From positions 62,001-98,056 of the forward strand of contig CAWJLW010000005.1 of NCBI GenBank assembly GCA_963843795.1: a stretch of DNA of 36,056 nucleotides. Direction: 5' to 3'. A program made the translations under genes and the position numbers. Shown piece by piece: positions 10,201-17,485 of the stretch. The notes below the pieces were generated by a model that was not told the DNA's origin, did no database searches, and saw only the letters and a list, made by a program, of their open reading frames with translations. Origin of the DNA: an uncultured bacterium (GTDB lineage: Bacteria > Armatimonadota > Abditibacteriia > Abditibacteriales > Abditibacteriaceae). Numbering within the stretch: position 1 is the stretch's first letter; the number at the start of each line of letters is the position of its first letter.

Positions 10201-10780
10201 CTTGCGCCAACAGTTGGGCGACGCACCCGGTGCTATCGCAGCCTACCAAAAAAGTCACGATATTTTGACTTATTTGGCGCGCGATAAATTCAGCGTGCGC
10301 GCGCAGCTAAATCTGGCTGCCAGTTACAGTGGTCTGGGCAATATTTATCTCGCGCTGAACAACCACGCCAAAGCACTACAAGAATACCAAAAAGCCGTCG
10401 AAATCACTACAGAAGTCGCCAAAGATAAAACCAACATTCAAGCGCAAAAAGTGCTAGTCGAAAATTATGCCAGTTTGATTTGGGCCGCCATCTTAAACCG
10501 CCAACCCAAACTCGCCATCGCTGCCGCGCAAAAAGCGCTCGAACTCGACCCGAAGCAAACCGCGATCAAAGTGAATCTGGCGCACGCCTATATGTTCGAC
10601 AATCAATTTGAAATGGCGGTCGCCACCTATCTCAAAAACGAAGACATTCCGGTCGGCGACGGCCAAACTTTCGCCGATGTCGCGCTGGCCGATTTTGCGC
10701 AGTTCCGCGAGATGAAGATGACGCATCCCGAAATGGCACGTATGGAACGACTGATTCGACAAACCCGCCAGAAACCATAA
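7277..10780 (+). CDS. Membrane-anchored STAND NTPase: N-terminal DUF4062/TIR-like domain, nSTAND1 NTPase, one TM helix, C-terminal TPR repeats
   Basis: RIFISSPGDV..ER, IVVCILWSRLGT and SGTEWEFE at the N terminus. SPFRGLEVF..FFGR, Walker A GMSGSGKSS, Walker B IVIDQMEELF, MRSDF, LPLLEFTL and AHEALL in the NTPase. Basic RRRK precedes the hydrophobic helix WLSIGAVAAGFFIVISGFGIFSYG. Repeated QRDLS.SYE.IGD TPRs follow. Confidence 0.9.
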   Translation: MAQQKLRIFISSPGDVGQERLIATRVVARLQGEFAGYAELEPILWEHEPLRATSHFQDQIVPPSQTDIVVCILWSRLGTRLPDHFQRDDGSSYASGTEWEFEDAARSFIERGAPDLMVYRKTSEAVTALSDEKALLDRLQQKKALDAFIDRWFGNAQDTFKAAFHSFNSPDAFEETLENHLRNLIRERLPKQISSDEGGSVPISWHKGSPFRGLEVFDVEHAPVFFGRTRSIGEIKDALVSRAAAGCAFLLVFGMSGSGKSSLIRAGVLPTLTQPGVAEGIGLWRWCIFRPSDSGPNESGALDIYKGLAQEIGEALPELSADGLDAYEFAQLLHEAPKRAISALRHALQEAAQKAAEQEQLEQPPAARLAIVIDQMEELFTLDALGVETRDGFVQVLAELARSGLVWIIGTMRSDFYQRCAEIPALIALKEGAGQYDLLPPTFAEIRQIIVQPTRAAGLRFQVDPANNERLDDVLHEAAAQEPEALPLLEFTLDELYLQRTPEGILTFEAYRKMGGLEGALTRRAEDTFLELSDEVQKVLPEVLRALVSLGSEGDLLARRRVPVEVLANTPQKKTLVDAFITARLLVTDRAENGETVIGVAHEALLRHWVRLQQWLADDREFLLTRDRVAAAAKTWIVEKKSSDTLLHEGKALTEAVDILTRRGSDLDPLIVEYIQTSQRKWRNARRRKWLSIGAVAAGFFIVISGFGIFSYGQWQRAEKQKQLALTAVNSWTRDIPDKLKDVPGTLPVLREIFEKNVGVLDQIIALNPDTAGAQREKAMNYEHSGDTWRVLGATQTALESYEKSFAILSKLAKDQTNLQAQRDLSKSYEHIGDTRLEIGDLEGAGQAYQKDLELTQALSKSSEDEEWQRNLSVAYEKIGDVAWQKGDKDKALDSYQKSFQIRQALAKSNPSLEAQRDLSVSYERLGHIRLALADAKGAQKAYDESLKIRQAQVKSAPSIEAQRDLAFGYTHIGDLRQQLGDAPGAIAAYQKSHDILTYLARDKFSVRAQLNLAASYSGLGNIYLALNNHAKALQEYQKAVEITTEVAKDKTNIQAQKVLVENYASLIWAAILNRQPKLAIAAAQKALELDPKQTAIKVNLAHAYMFDNQFEMAVATYLKNEDIPVGDGQTFADVALADFAQFREMKMTHPEMARMERLIRQTRQKP

Positions 10781-10904
10781 AGTATGGTGCAAGTACTTGC
10801 AGCGAACTTCCGTGACCAGAAAGCTGGTAAACCAGCTTTCTGGTTTACTGGCAAACCATTTTTCTGGTCTGACAGAGTATGGTGCAAGTACTTGCAGCGA
10901 ACTT
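10781..10904. repeat. 29-bp perfect direct repeat (containing the palindrome) flanking a 66-bp hairpin-bearing spacer
   Basis: AGTATGGTGCAAGTACTTGCAGCGAACTT at 10781-10809 and 10876-10904. The spacer holds the perfect inverted repeat ACCAGAAAGCTGGT-AA-ACCAGCTTTCTGGT (10815-10844). Confidence 0.93.
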
Positions 10905-11082
10905 TAAGCCCAAATCATGACCTGCTCATCTATTTGGGATCGCCTTTTTAGAGCGTGCATACGATAATTGAACATTTTTACAGTTTTGTGAGCATTTGAA
11001 ATTTCGTTTATAATGCAATGAAAGAGTTTGGCCATTGAATCGCTTTCTATTTGAATGAGTTTTTAATTGGGAAATATCTACA

Positions 11083-13146
11083 ATGTCACGTTTCAAAAAT
11101 GTCATTTCGGGTTTGTTATTGAGCGCTGGTGCCTTGCTACCGCTGGCGTCTGCGCATGCACAGGATGCGGCCAATCAGAAGCTGGCGCTGGTGGTGGGAA
11201 TCAGCGATTATCAGCACGGTGGCATGGCCAAAAATGGCTGGTGGAATTTGCACGCTCAAAACGACGTGACAGCGTTACAGCAGGTTTTGCAGCAGCGTTT
11301 TGGCTTTGCGGCAAAAGACATCACGACACTGAGCGATGCTCAGGCGACGCGTCAGAATATCGTGAAGGCATTTGAAACTCAATTGATAGATTGCGCCCGT
11401 CCAGGCGATATTGTGGTGTTTCATTTTTCGGGTCACGGTCAGCGCGTGGCCGACGATAACGGCGACGAGGCCGATGGCCTCGACGAATCCCTCGTGCCAT
11501 ATAACGCGGTGAGTCAGAAGGCGAGCGAAGGTGCGAAAACGAATTTGCGCGACGATCAATTGAGCCAATTGCTAGGACGTTTGCGCCAGAAAATGCTGGG
11601 GCCGGACGGCAAATTGAAGGGCAACATCACGGTTTCGATTGACGCCGGTTTTGCAGGCGACGCGATGCCCAATCAAAACGGGTTGTTGCAGCGCGGGCGG
11701 GGTTGGATCCTCGCGCTGGATGGAGCGAAACCCAATGACGCGCCCAATGGTAAAGTCGATAGTTCGAGTGGGCTTTTCGCGCAGGGAGAAGCGCAGTCGC
11801 AAGGTTATGTCGTGCTGGCCGCAGCGGGCAACGCGCAGAGCGCGCACGAAATTGTCGATGAATCCGGTCAGAAAATGGGCGCGCTGTCTAGCTATTGGAC
11901 ACGCGCGCTCGCGGGCAGTACGCCGGACACGACGTATCGCGCGGTCGTCGAACGTTTGGCAGTCGAAGTCGGTGGCGCATTGAGTGCGCAAATTCCGCAA
12001 CTCGAAGGCGATGTCGATAAAGTTCTGCTCGCAGGTGCTGCCTTGCCCTTACCGCCATATCTCGTGGTACAAAGCGTCGAGAATGATTCGCTGACTTTGC
12101 CGGTTGGCACGCTTCAAGGCGCAACGAAATTGTCGCGTTACGCGCTGTATAAAGCGGGCAGCGATGTGACCAAACTCGAAAATCGCATGGCGCAAGTCGA
12201 ACTGACCGATGTCGGAATAACGGCGAGCCGCGCGCGTTTGGTGGCCGATGAAGGCCAAAAGCCACCGCAAGTACTTGCAGCCGATTTGAAGGCGGCGCGC
12301 GCAGTCGAAACCGAGCACAACTACGGCGATTCTTCGCTCAAATTGCGCGTCGAAACGCCGGGCGATTGGACAAAGGCGCTCAAAGAATTGGAATTGGTTT
12401 CGCTCGTGGCTGACAAAAATGCGCCTTACGATTTGCTACTGCGCACGCAGGACGGGAAAATCGTGGTCAACAAGCCCGACGGCACAGTTTTCAGTTCGTT
12501 TGCCGATGATGCGACCGCGCCCGCAAAGCTGCAAAAATTCCTTACCGATTACTGGCGCTGGCAGTTCTTATTGCAGCTTCGCAACGACGATCCCAAAGCC
12601 GCTTTAAATGTCGCTCTACGATTGGTGCCCGTGCGCGTGAAACTGAATCCTAAAGGTCAGGTCGAAGCTGTGGAAAGCGACCGCGATGACGTCGAGATTA
12701 CTGACGGCAATCGTTTGGTGTTGCGCGAGGGCGATTATGTGGTCGTGGAACTGCGCAACAGTTCGGCTCAAGACGCGTATGTGACAGTGTTGGATTTATC
12801 TCCCGATGGCAGCATCAATCCGATTTTCCCACATCCGCAAGCGCCACACGATAATAAAATTGTGGCCGACAATCAATGGCATCGTTTGCCGATGCCGTTT
12901 GTGTTTTCAATGGGCCAGCCTTACGGCAACGAGATTTTCAAGGCGATTGCCACGCGCGAACCGGCAGACTTCAGTTCGCTCTTGCAAGGCCAAACCGTGC
13001 AGCAATCGCGCGGTGCACCGAAAAATCCGCTCGGCGGCCTGTTACTGAGTTCGAGCACGGGACGGCGCGGCGCTAATTTCGCCGAAATCGCGCCCAGCGA
13101 TTGGTCAACTTCAGCGGCGACTTTCGAAGTGCGACCGGTGAAATAA
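11083..13146 (+). CDS. Secreted caspase-family (peptidase C14) protein with C-terminal DUF4384-like domain; probably catalytically inactive
   Basis: Signal peptide ending AHA-Q. KLALVVGISDY, ATRQNI, VFHFSGHG (His), DE.DG.DESLVPY and DDQL are present. The Cys position reads SIDAGFAG instead of D[SA]C[HR]SG. C-terminal AYVTVLDLSPDGSINPIFP...PYGNEIFKAIAT. Confidence 0.88.
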   Translation: MSRFKNVISGLLLSAGALLPLASAHAQDAANQKLALVVGISDYQHGGMAKNGWWNLHAQNDVTALQQVLQQRFGFAAKDITTLSDAQATRQNIVKAFETQLIDCARPGDIVVFHFSGHGQRVADDNGDEADGLDESLVPYNAVSQKASEGAKTNLRDDQLSQLLGRLRQKMLGPDGKLKGNITVSIDAGFAGDAMPNQNGLLQRGRGWILALDGAKPNDAPNGKVDSSSGLFAQGEAQSQGYVVLAAAGNAQSAHEIVDESGQKMGALSSYWTRALAGSTPDTTYRAVVERLAVEVGGALSAQIPQLEGDVDKVLLAGAALPLPPYLVVQSVENDSLTLPVGTLQGATKLSRYALYKAGSDVTKLENRMAQVELTDVGITASRARLVADEGQKPPQVLAADLKAARAVETEHNYGDSSLKLRVETPGDWTKALKELELVSLVADKNAPYDLLLRTQDGKIVVNKPDGTVFSSFADDATAPAKLQKFLTDYWRWQFLLQLRNDDPKAALNVALRLVPVRVKLNPKGQVEAVESDRDDVEITDGNRLVLREGDYVVVELRNSSAQDAYVTVLDLSPDGSINPIFPHPQAPHDNKIVADNQWHRLPMPFVFSMGQPYGNEIFKAIATREPADFSSLLQGQTVQQSRGAPKNPLGGLLLSSSTGRRGANFAEIAPSDWSTSAATFEVRPVK

Positions 13147-13188
13147 ACGCGACCTCGCGCTGCAAGTACTTGTGGGAGCTTTTGAGCC

Positions 13189-16100
13189 ATGAAACCCTTT
13201 TCAATTCGCCCCATTGTGTTCGTTGCCGCATTCATTATCTCGCTGCCTTTGAACGTTTGGGCGCAGGATGCACCCGCGCTCAACGCGACAACGGTTGAAA
13301 AACCGGCAAGCGAAGCCGAATTGCGCGCGCAATTCGCCCAGTTCGACGAGCTGCGCGCGCAAGCCAAGAACGGCACGCAAGAGCGCGCCGTGGCCGCTGA
13401 AAAAGCTATGAGCGCTGCGGCAGCTATCGCGTGGAGCGCTTTCCATGCGGACAATTTCGAAGAAGCGGCTTTGTGGTTCGCGCGCCGTGCCGATCTCAAA
13501 AAAGAAAGCTACGAAAATTGGCGCACTTCCATTCAAACCAACGCTTTCAATACTCAGCAAATGTTGGCCGCCAAAGCCAAAACAGAGGAGAATGCTGGCA
13601 ACAAAGACGTTTTACAAGCCATTCAGTTGTCTTTTCAGGATATTCAGCGCAACCAGCTTTACATGCTGGCCAACCAGAATCATGACACGCTCACCCTTTT
13701 AGCGCTCGCGCGTGACACGCTGGCCGCGCGCCGCATCGAGCTGGCGCAGGAGCAGAAAAAACGGGCGCCCGCCAGCCAAATCGGAAGCAAACGCGCGCGG
13801 ATCGCGGATGCAATGGAATCTATTGCCGGTGCCCAGCAAGACCTCGCGCTTTACGATGAAGCCAAAATAAATCTCAGCGAAGCCCTGCGCATCCGTCTTT
13901 CGCTACCCGCTGACTTGCCAGAGCGTGACCTGAGCGAAAATTATCGAAAATTCGGCCTTTTGTATACCGCGCTGGGCGATTTGCCTATGGCGCGCCAATC
14001 TTACGAGCAAAGTTTGCAAACCTTGCGCGACCCGCAAGTACTTGCCGCACAACTCAAAGTCCAGCAAGCGGCTTTATCCGAAGATAACAAAGCGTTGATC
14101 AAAACTTCTCAGATTTTGGGCGAAGGCGTGGCGTTGAACAATCTGGGCGGCGTGGTCAAAGATATGGGCGATTATAAAAGCGCTCTGGAATGGTATCAAA
14201 AAGCGGTCGCCATTTTCGCCACCATTCCCAAGATTGAAGGTTTTCCGGCTTATGCGCGCCTTTATATGAATGCGGTTACGCAGGGCAACATCGCGGTCGT
14301 GCACGCCGAATCCGGGCAAATCGAGCAGGCGCAACGCGAATTTCAGGAAGTCATCGAGCAGTTCACCGCTCTGGGCAAAGAAGAAAGCGCGGCCACAGCG
14401 TTGGAAAATTTGTCGAGCATCTACGACGAGCAGGGCGATCTGGAAAAATCCAAGCGCTACACCACGCAGGCGCGCCAAATTTTCATCGGTGCTCAAGATT
14501 TGCGTTCGGTCGTTAATACCAGTTTGTCTTTAAGCAGTTTGGCCCGACGCGGAGAGCAGTTGGACGAAGCCGAAAAATATGCCCTGGAAGCGCTGACGAT
14601 GGCGCGCAAAATTGACGATTTGGGCTGGCTCAACGAAGCGTTGCAGCAAATGGCGAGAATTCGCCTGCAACAAAATCGCCCGCAAGATGCGCTCGTGTTG
14701 TTACGGGAATGCCAATCCATCAACCAGCGCGTTGCCGCGCCTTTGGATACCAGCGAAACGCTCGATTTGCAGGGTCAAGCGCTCGAAGCGCAAAAGCAGC
14801 CGCAAGAGGCTTTGGAAAAATATCAGGCATCCATTAAATTGCTGGAAAGCGTGCGAGCGACCACAGTTTCAGAAGCAGATTTTTCCAATGTGGGCAAGCG
14901 TTACGCAGTTTACGAGCGCGCCGTGAAATTGTTGTTGCAGTTGCAGCAACCCGAAGCGGCCTTTGATATTCTCAATCGCGCCAAATCGAAGAAAATTCAA
15001 GACAGCCTGCGCTTGTCCAGCCTGAAAAGCGGCGATCAAGCCATTCAGTCGCTGTTGGATTTGGCAGGCGGACTGGAAACCAAGCTGCGCAAGGCCGAAG
15101 CGCAATTGCAAAGCGAACAGCAAAAACCTGCAGCCGAACAAAATGCGGTCGCCATCGATAACCTGCAAACCGTAGTGGCGACCACACGCGGCGAGTTCTC
15201 GAAAACTGTGCTGCAAATTAAGCAGGCCAACCCGAATTACGATAAAGTCATCAACGTCGATCCGATGGTGTTGAAAAAAGCCCAAAATGAGCTTCCCGAC
15301 GATGTGCTGTTGATCGAATACGCCCCGTTGGGAAATCAGCTGTACATTTTTCTGGTCACCAAAGATGATCTGAAAATTTACGCGCCGCCAGTCAAGTTGG
15401 ACGAATTGTGGAGTCGCATCCGCGAAGTGCGTCAGCAAATCGCTACGCCGCCCGCCCAAGTTGTGCGCGGCGCGACTTTGCGCAGCGATACGACGGCAGT
15501 GGCGCACGGCGATTTGACTGCGCTTAACCAGAACCTCAGCGCGTTGTATGCGATGCTGATCGCGCCCATAGAAAGCGAAATTGCCACCAAGAAAATTCTC
15601 GCTTTTCTGCCCACACAATTGTTGTATTACTTGCCGATGCAAGCTCTGGCCAAAAAACAGGGCGACAGTTACCGCTACTTAATCGAAGACAAGCCGGTGG
15701 TCTATTTGGCAGCGACCGATATTCCGGTTGTCATTAGCGAGCAAGACGCGACGCGGGCGGGAAAAGGTCTGCTGGCATTTGGCAACCCGACCGGCGCCAA
15801 TTTGCCGTTTGCCTTAGAAGAAGTGAATGCTATTGCCAAGGTGTTTCCGGGCACGCAAGTACTTGCCGGTAACGCAGCGACCAAAGCTTCCGCTTTGGAC
15901 GAAAAGAACGCCCAAAAGCAGATTCTGCATTTCGCCACACACGGCATTTTAGACCAAAACGATACTTTCAAAAGTTATATCTTGCTCGCCAAATCAGCCA
16001 AACCACAGGGCGCGGAACTGACTTTTGGCGAAGTCACCGGTTTGGATTTGCAAAAAGTCGATTTAGTAACGCTTTCGGCGTGCGAAACCGCGCTGGGCAA

Positions 16101-16356
16101 AAACGCCGATGGCCGCGAAATCACTTCTTTGGCGAAATCGTTTTCCGATGCCGGTGCCAAAGCCGTGATCGCCAGTTTGTGGAGCGTGGCCGACCAGAGC
16201 ACCAGCGAATTGATGACCAGCTTTTATCGCGAACTGGCGGCGGGCAAAAGCAAAGGCCAAGCGTTGCAAAGCGCTGAAATCGCGGTCTTGAAGAATCCAG
16301 ATTACGCGCATCCATTTTACTGGGCGCCATTTATTCTGATGGGCGATTGGCGATAG
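13189..16356 (+). CDS. Secreted TPR-CHAT domain protease
   Basis: Signal peptide (VWA-Q), TPRs (ALNNLG...GDY..AL..YQKA), CHAT dyad ILHFATHG and LVTLSACET, ASLWSVAD, and terminal HPFYWAPFILMGDW. Confidence 0.92.
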   Translation: MKPFSIRPIVFVAAFIISLPLNVWAQDAPALNATTVEKPASEAELRAQFAQFDELRAQAKNGTQERAVAAEKAMSAAAAIAWSAFHADNFEEAALWFARRADLKKESYENWRTSIQTNAFNTQQMLAAKAKTEENAGNKDVLQAIQLSFQDIQRNQLYMLANQNHDTLTLLALARDTLAARRIELAQEQKKRAPASQIGSKRARIADAMESIAGAQQDLALYDEAKINLSEALRIRLSLPADLPERDLSENYRKFGLLYTALGDLPMARQSYEQSLQTLRDPQVLAAQLKVQQAALSEDNKALIKTSQILGEGVALNNLGGVVKDMGDYKSALEWYQKAVAIFATIPKIEGFPAYARLYMNAVTQGNIAVVHAESGQIEQAQREFQEVIEQFTALGKEESAATALENLSSIYDEQGDLEKSKRYTTQARQIFIGAQDLRSVVNTSLSLSSLARRGEQLDEAEKYALEALTMARKIDDLGWLNEALQQMARIRLQQNRPQDALVLLRECQSINQRVAAPLDTSETLDLQGQALEAQKQPQEALEKYQASIKLLESVRATTVSEADFSNVGKRYAVYERAVKLLLQLQQPEAAFDILNRAKSKKIQDSLRLSSLKSGDQAIQSLLDLAGGLETKLRKAEAQLQSEQQKPAAEQNAVAIDNLQTVVATTRGEFSKTVLQIKQANPNYDKVINVDPMVLKKAQNELPDDVLLIEYAPLGNQLYIFLVTKDDLKIYAPPVKLDELWSRIREVRQQIATPPAQVVRGATLRSDTTAVAHGDLTALNQNLSALYAMLIAPIESEIATKKILAFLPTQLLYYLPMQALAKKQGDSYRYLIEDKPVVYLAATDIPVVISEQDATRAGKGLLAFGNPTGANLPFALEEVNAIAKVFPGTQVLAGNAATKASALDEKNAQKQILHFATHGILDQNDTFKSYILLAKSAKPQGAELTFGEVTGLDLQKVDLVTLSACETALGKNADGREITSLAKSFSDAGAKAVIASLWSVADQSTSELMTSFYRELAAGKSKGQALQSAEIAVLKNPDYAHPFYWAPFILMGDWR

Positions 16357-16394
16357 AAAGAAGGCAGATGTGCGAGGGAAGAAGAGAAAACTGC

Positions 16395-16414
16395 GTGTGC
16401 AAGTACTTGCACAC
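16395..16414. repeat. 20-bp perfect palindrome GTGTGCAAGTACTTGCACAC downstream of the CHAT gene
   Basis: Read directly; centred on the 12-bp family motif. Confidence 0.92.
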
Positions 16415-16480
16415 AATAGAAAACGTTGAAGGTTGAACTCTCCTTTTCTCTTAACATCTCCCCTAAACCGGAGAATTCTC

Positions 16481-17278
16481 TTGGCACATGAAGCCACAAC
16501 ATTAACCCCACAGCGCAGAGCATGGCAGCGTTATTTCGCCGAGTTTCTGGGCACTTTCGCGCTGGTTTTCCTCGGCTGCGGCGCGGCCATCAGCAACCAT
16601 GCCTCGAACGGCGAAGTTTCTTCGGTTGGCGTTGCCCTAACGTTTGGATTTGTGGTTTCCAGCGCAGTTTATGCGTTGGGGCCAATTTCTTCGGCTCATC
16701 TCAATCCCGCAGTGACGATTGCTTTTGCTTTCGCGCGGCGTTTCCCCGTGCACTGCGTGCCAGCTTACATCGCGGCCCAAAGTGCTGGCGCAGTTACAGC
16801 GAGCCTGTTGCACGGTTTCGTATACGGCCATCAGGCGCTGGGTGCAGCTTATGGAGCTACGGTGCCCAGCGTGCCCACGATGCCCGCAACCTGTTTTGAA
16901 ATCCTGCTGACTTTTATTTTGATGCTGGTGATTATGGCCGTTGCAACCGACCGACACATTCCAGGTGCAGTGCCGGGCCTGGCCATTGGCCTGACTGTTG
17001 TGGCGTGTGCACTGTGTGGCGGCGGGACGACCGGCGCTTCGATGAATCCGGCGCGCAGTCTCGGTCCGGCGCTTCTGACCGGTGGCAAAGCGTGGCAAAC
17101 CCTACCGATTTATCTTATCGGGCCAACTATCGGTGCCATTCTGGGAGCTTTTTGTTATCAACTGCTGCGTGATGGAACTTTAAATCTGCATCCGGCTCCC
17201 ACCAATCTCGAGGAAGCTCTGCGCAGCAAACCGGGCCTTTCGCGCCACGGTTTGACGCACTCTGATTCGCGCGATTGA
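16481..17278 (+). CDS. MIP family channel (aquaporin, AqpZ/NIP-like)
   Basis: AEFLGTFALVFLGCG, both NPA boxes (SAHLNPAVT, GASMNPARSLGP) and six hydrophobic segments. Start placed at TTG 16481 after GGAG (the ORF track starts at 16433). Confidence 0.93.
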   Translation: MAHEATTLTPQRRAWQRYFAEFLGTFALVFLGCGAAISNHASNGEVSSVGVALTFGFVVSSAVYALGPISSAHLNPAVTIAFAFARRFPVHCVPAYIAAQSAGAVTASLLHGFVYGHQALGAAYGATVPSVPTMPATCFEILLTFILMLVIMAVATDRHIPGAVPGLAIGLTVVACALCGGGTTGASMNPARSLGPALLTGGKAWQTLPIYLIGPTIGAILGAFCYQLLRDGTLNLHPAPTNLEEALRSKPGLSRHGLTHSDSRD

Positions 17279-17485
17279 GAAAGTTCGATTAAGATAGGGG
17301 TAGAGTTGTAATGATTACCTCTATCAGCCAGCTCTTTTACTGACAAATACAATTTGCATTAGACGTATTAAGTGATATTGTATTGGCGCTGCAAGTACTT
17401 GCCTCATCAATAAGACACTTTTCAATCACAGACAACTATTAAAAAGGTTTATAATCAGTTCGTTAGATTGAGGAAATTCTTTCCA

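Noticed and set aside
10781..10904. CRISPR array (29-bp palindromic repeat)
   Set aside because: Only two repeats, the 66-bp spacer is itself repetitive and hairpin-forming, there are no cas genes in the window, and the repeat core is the dispersed motif.
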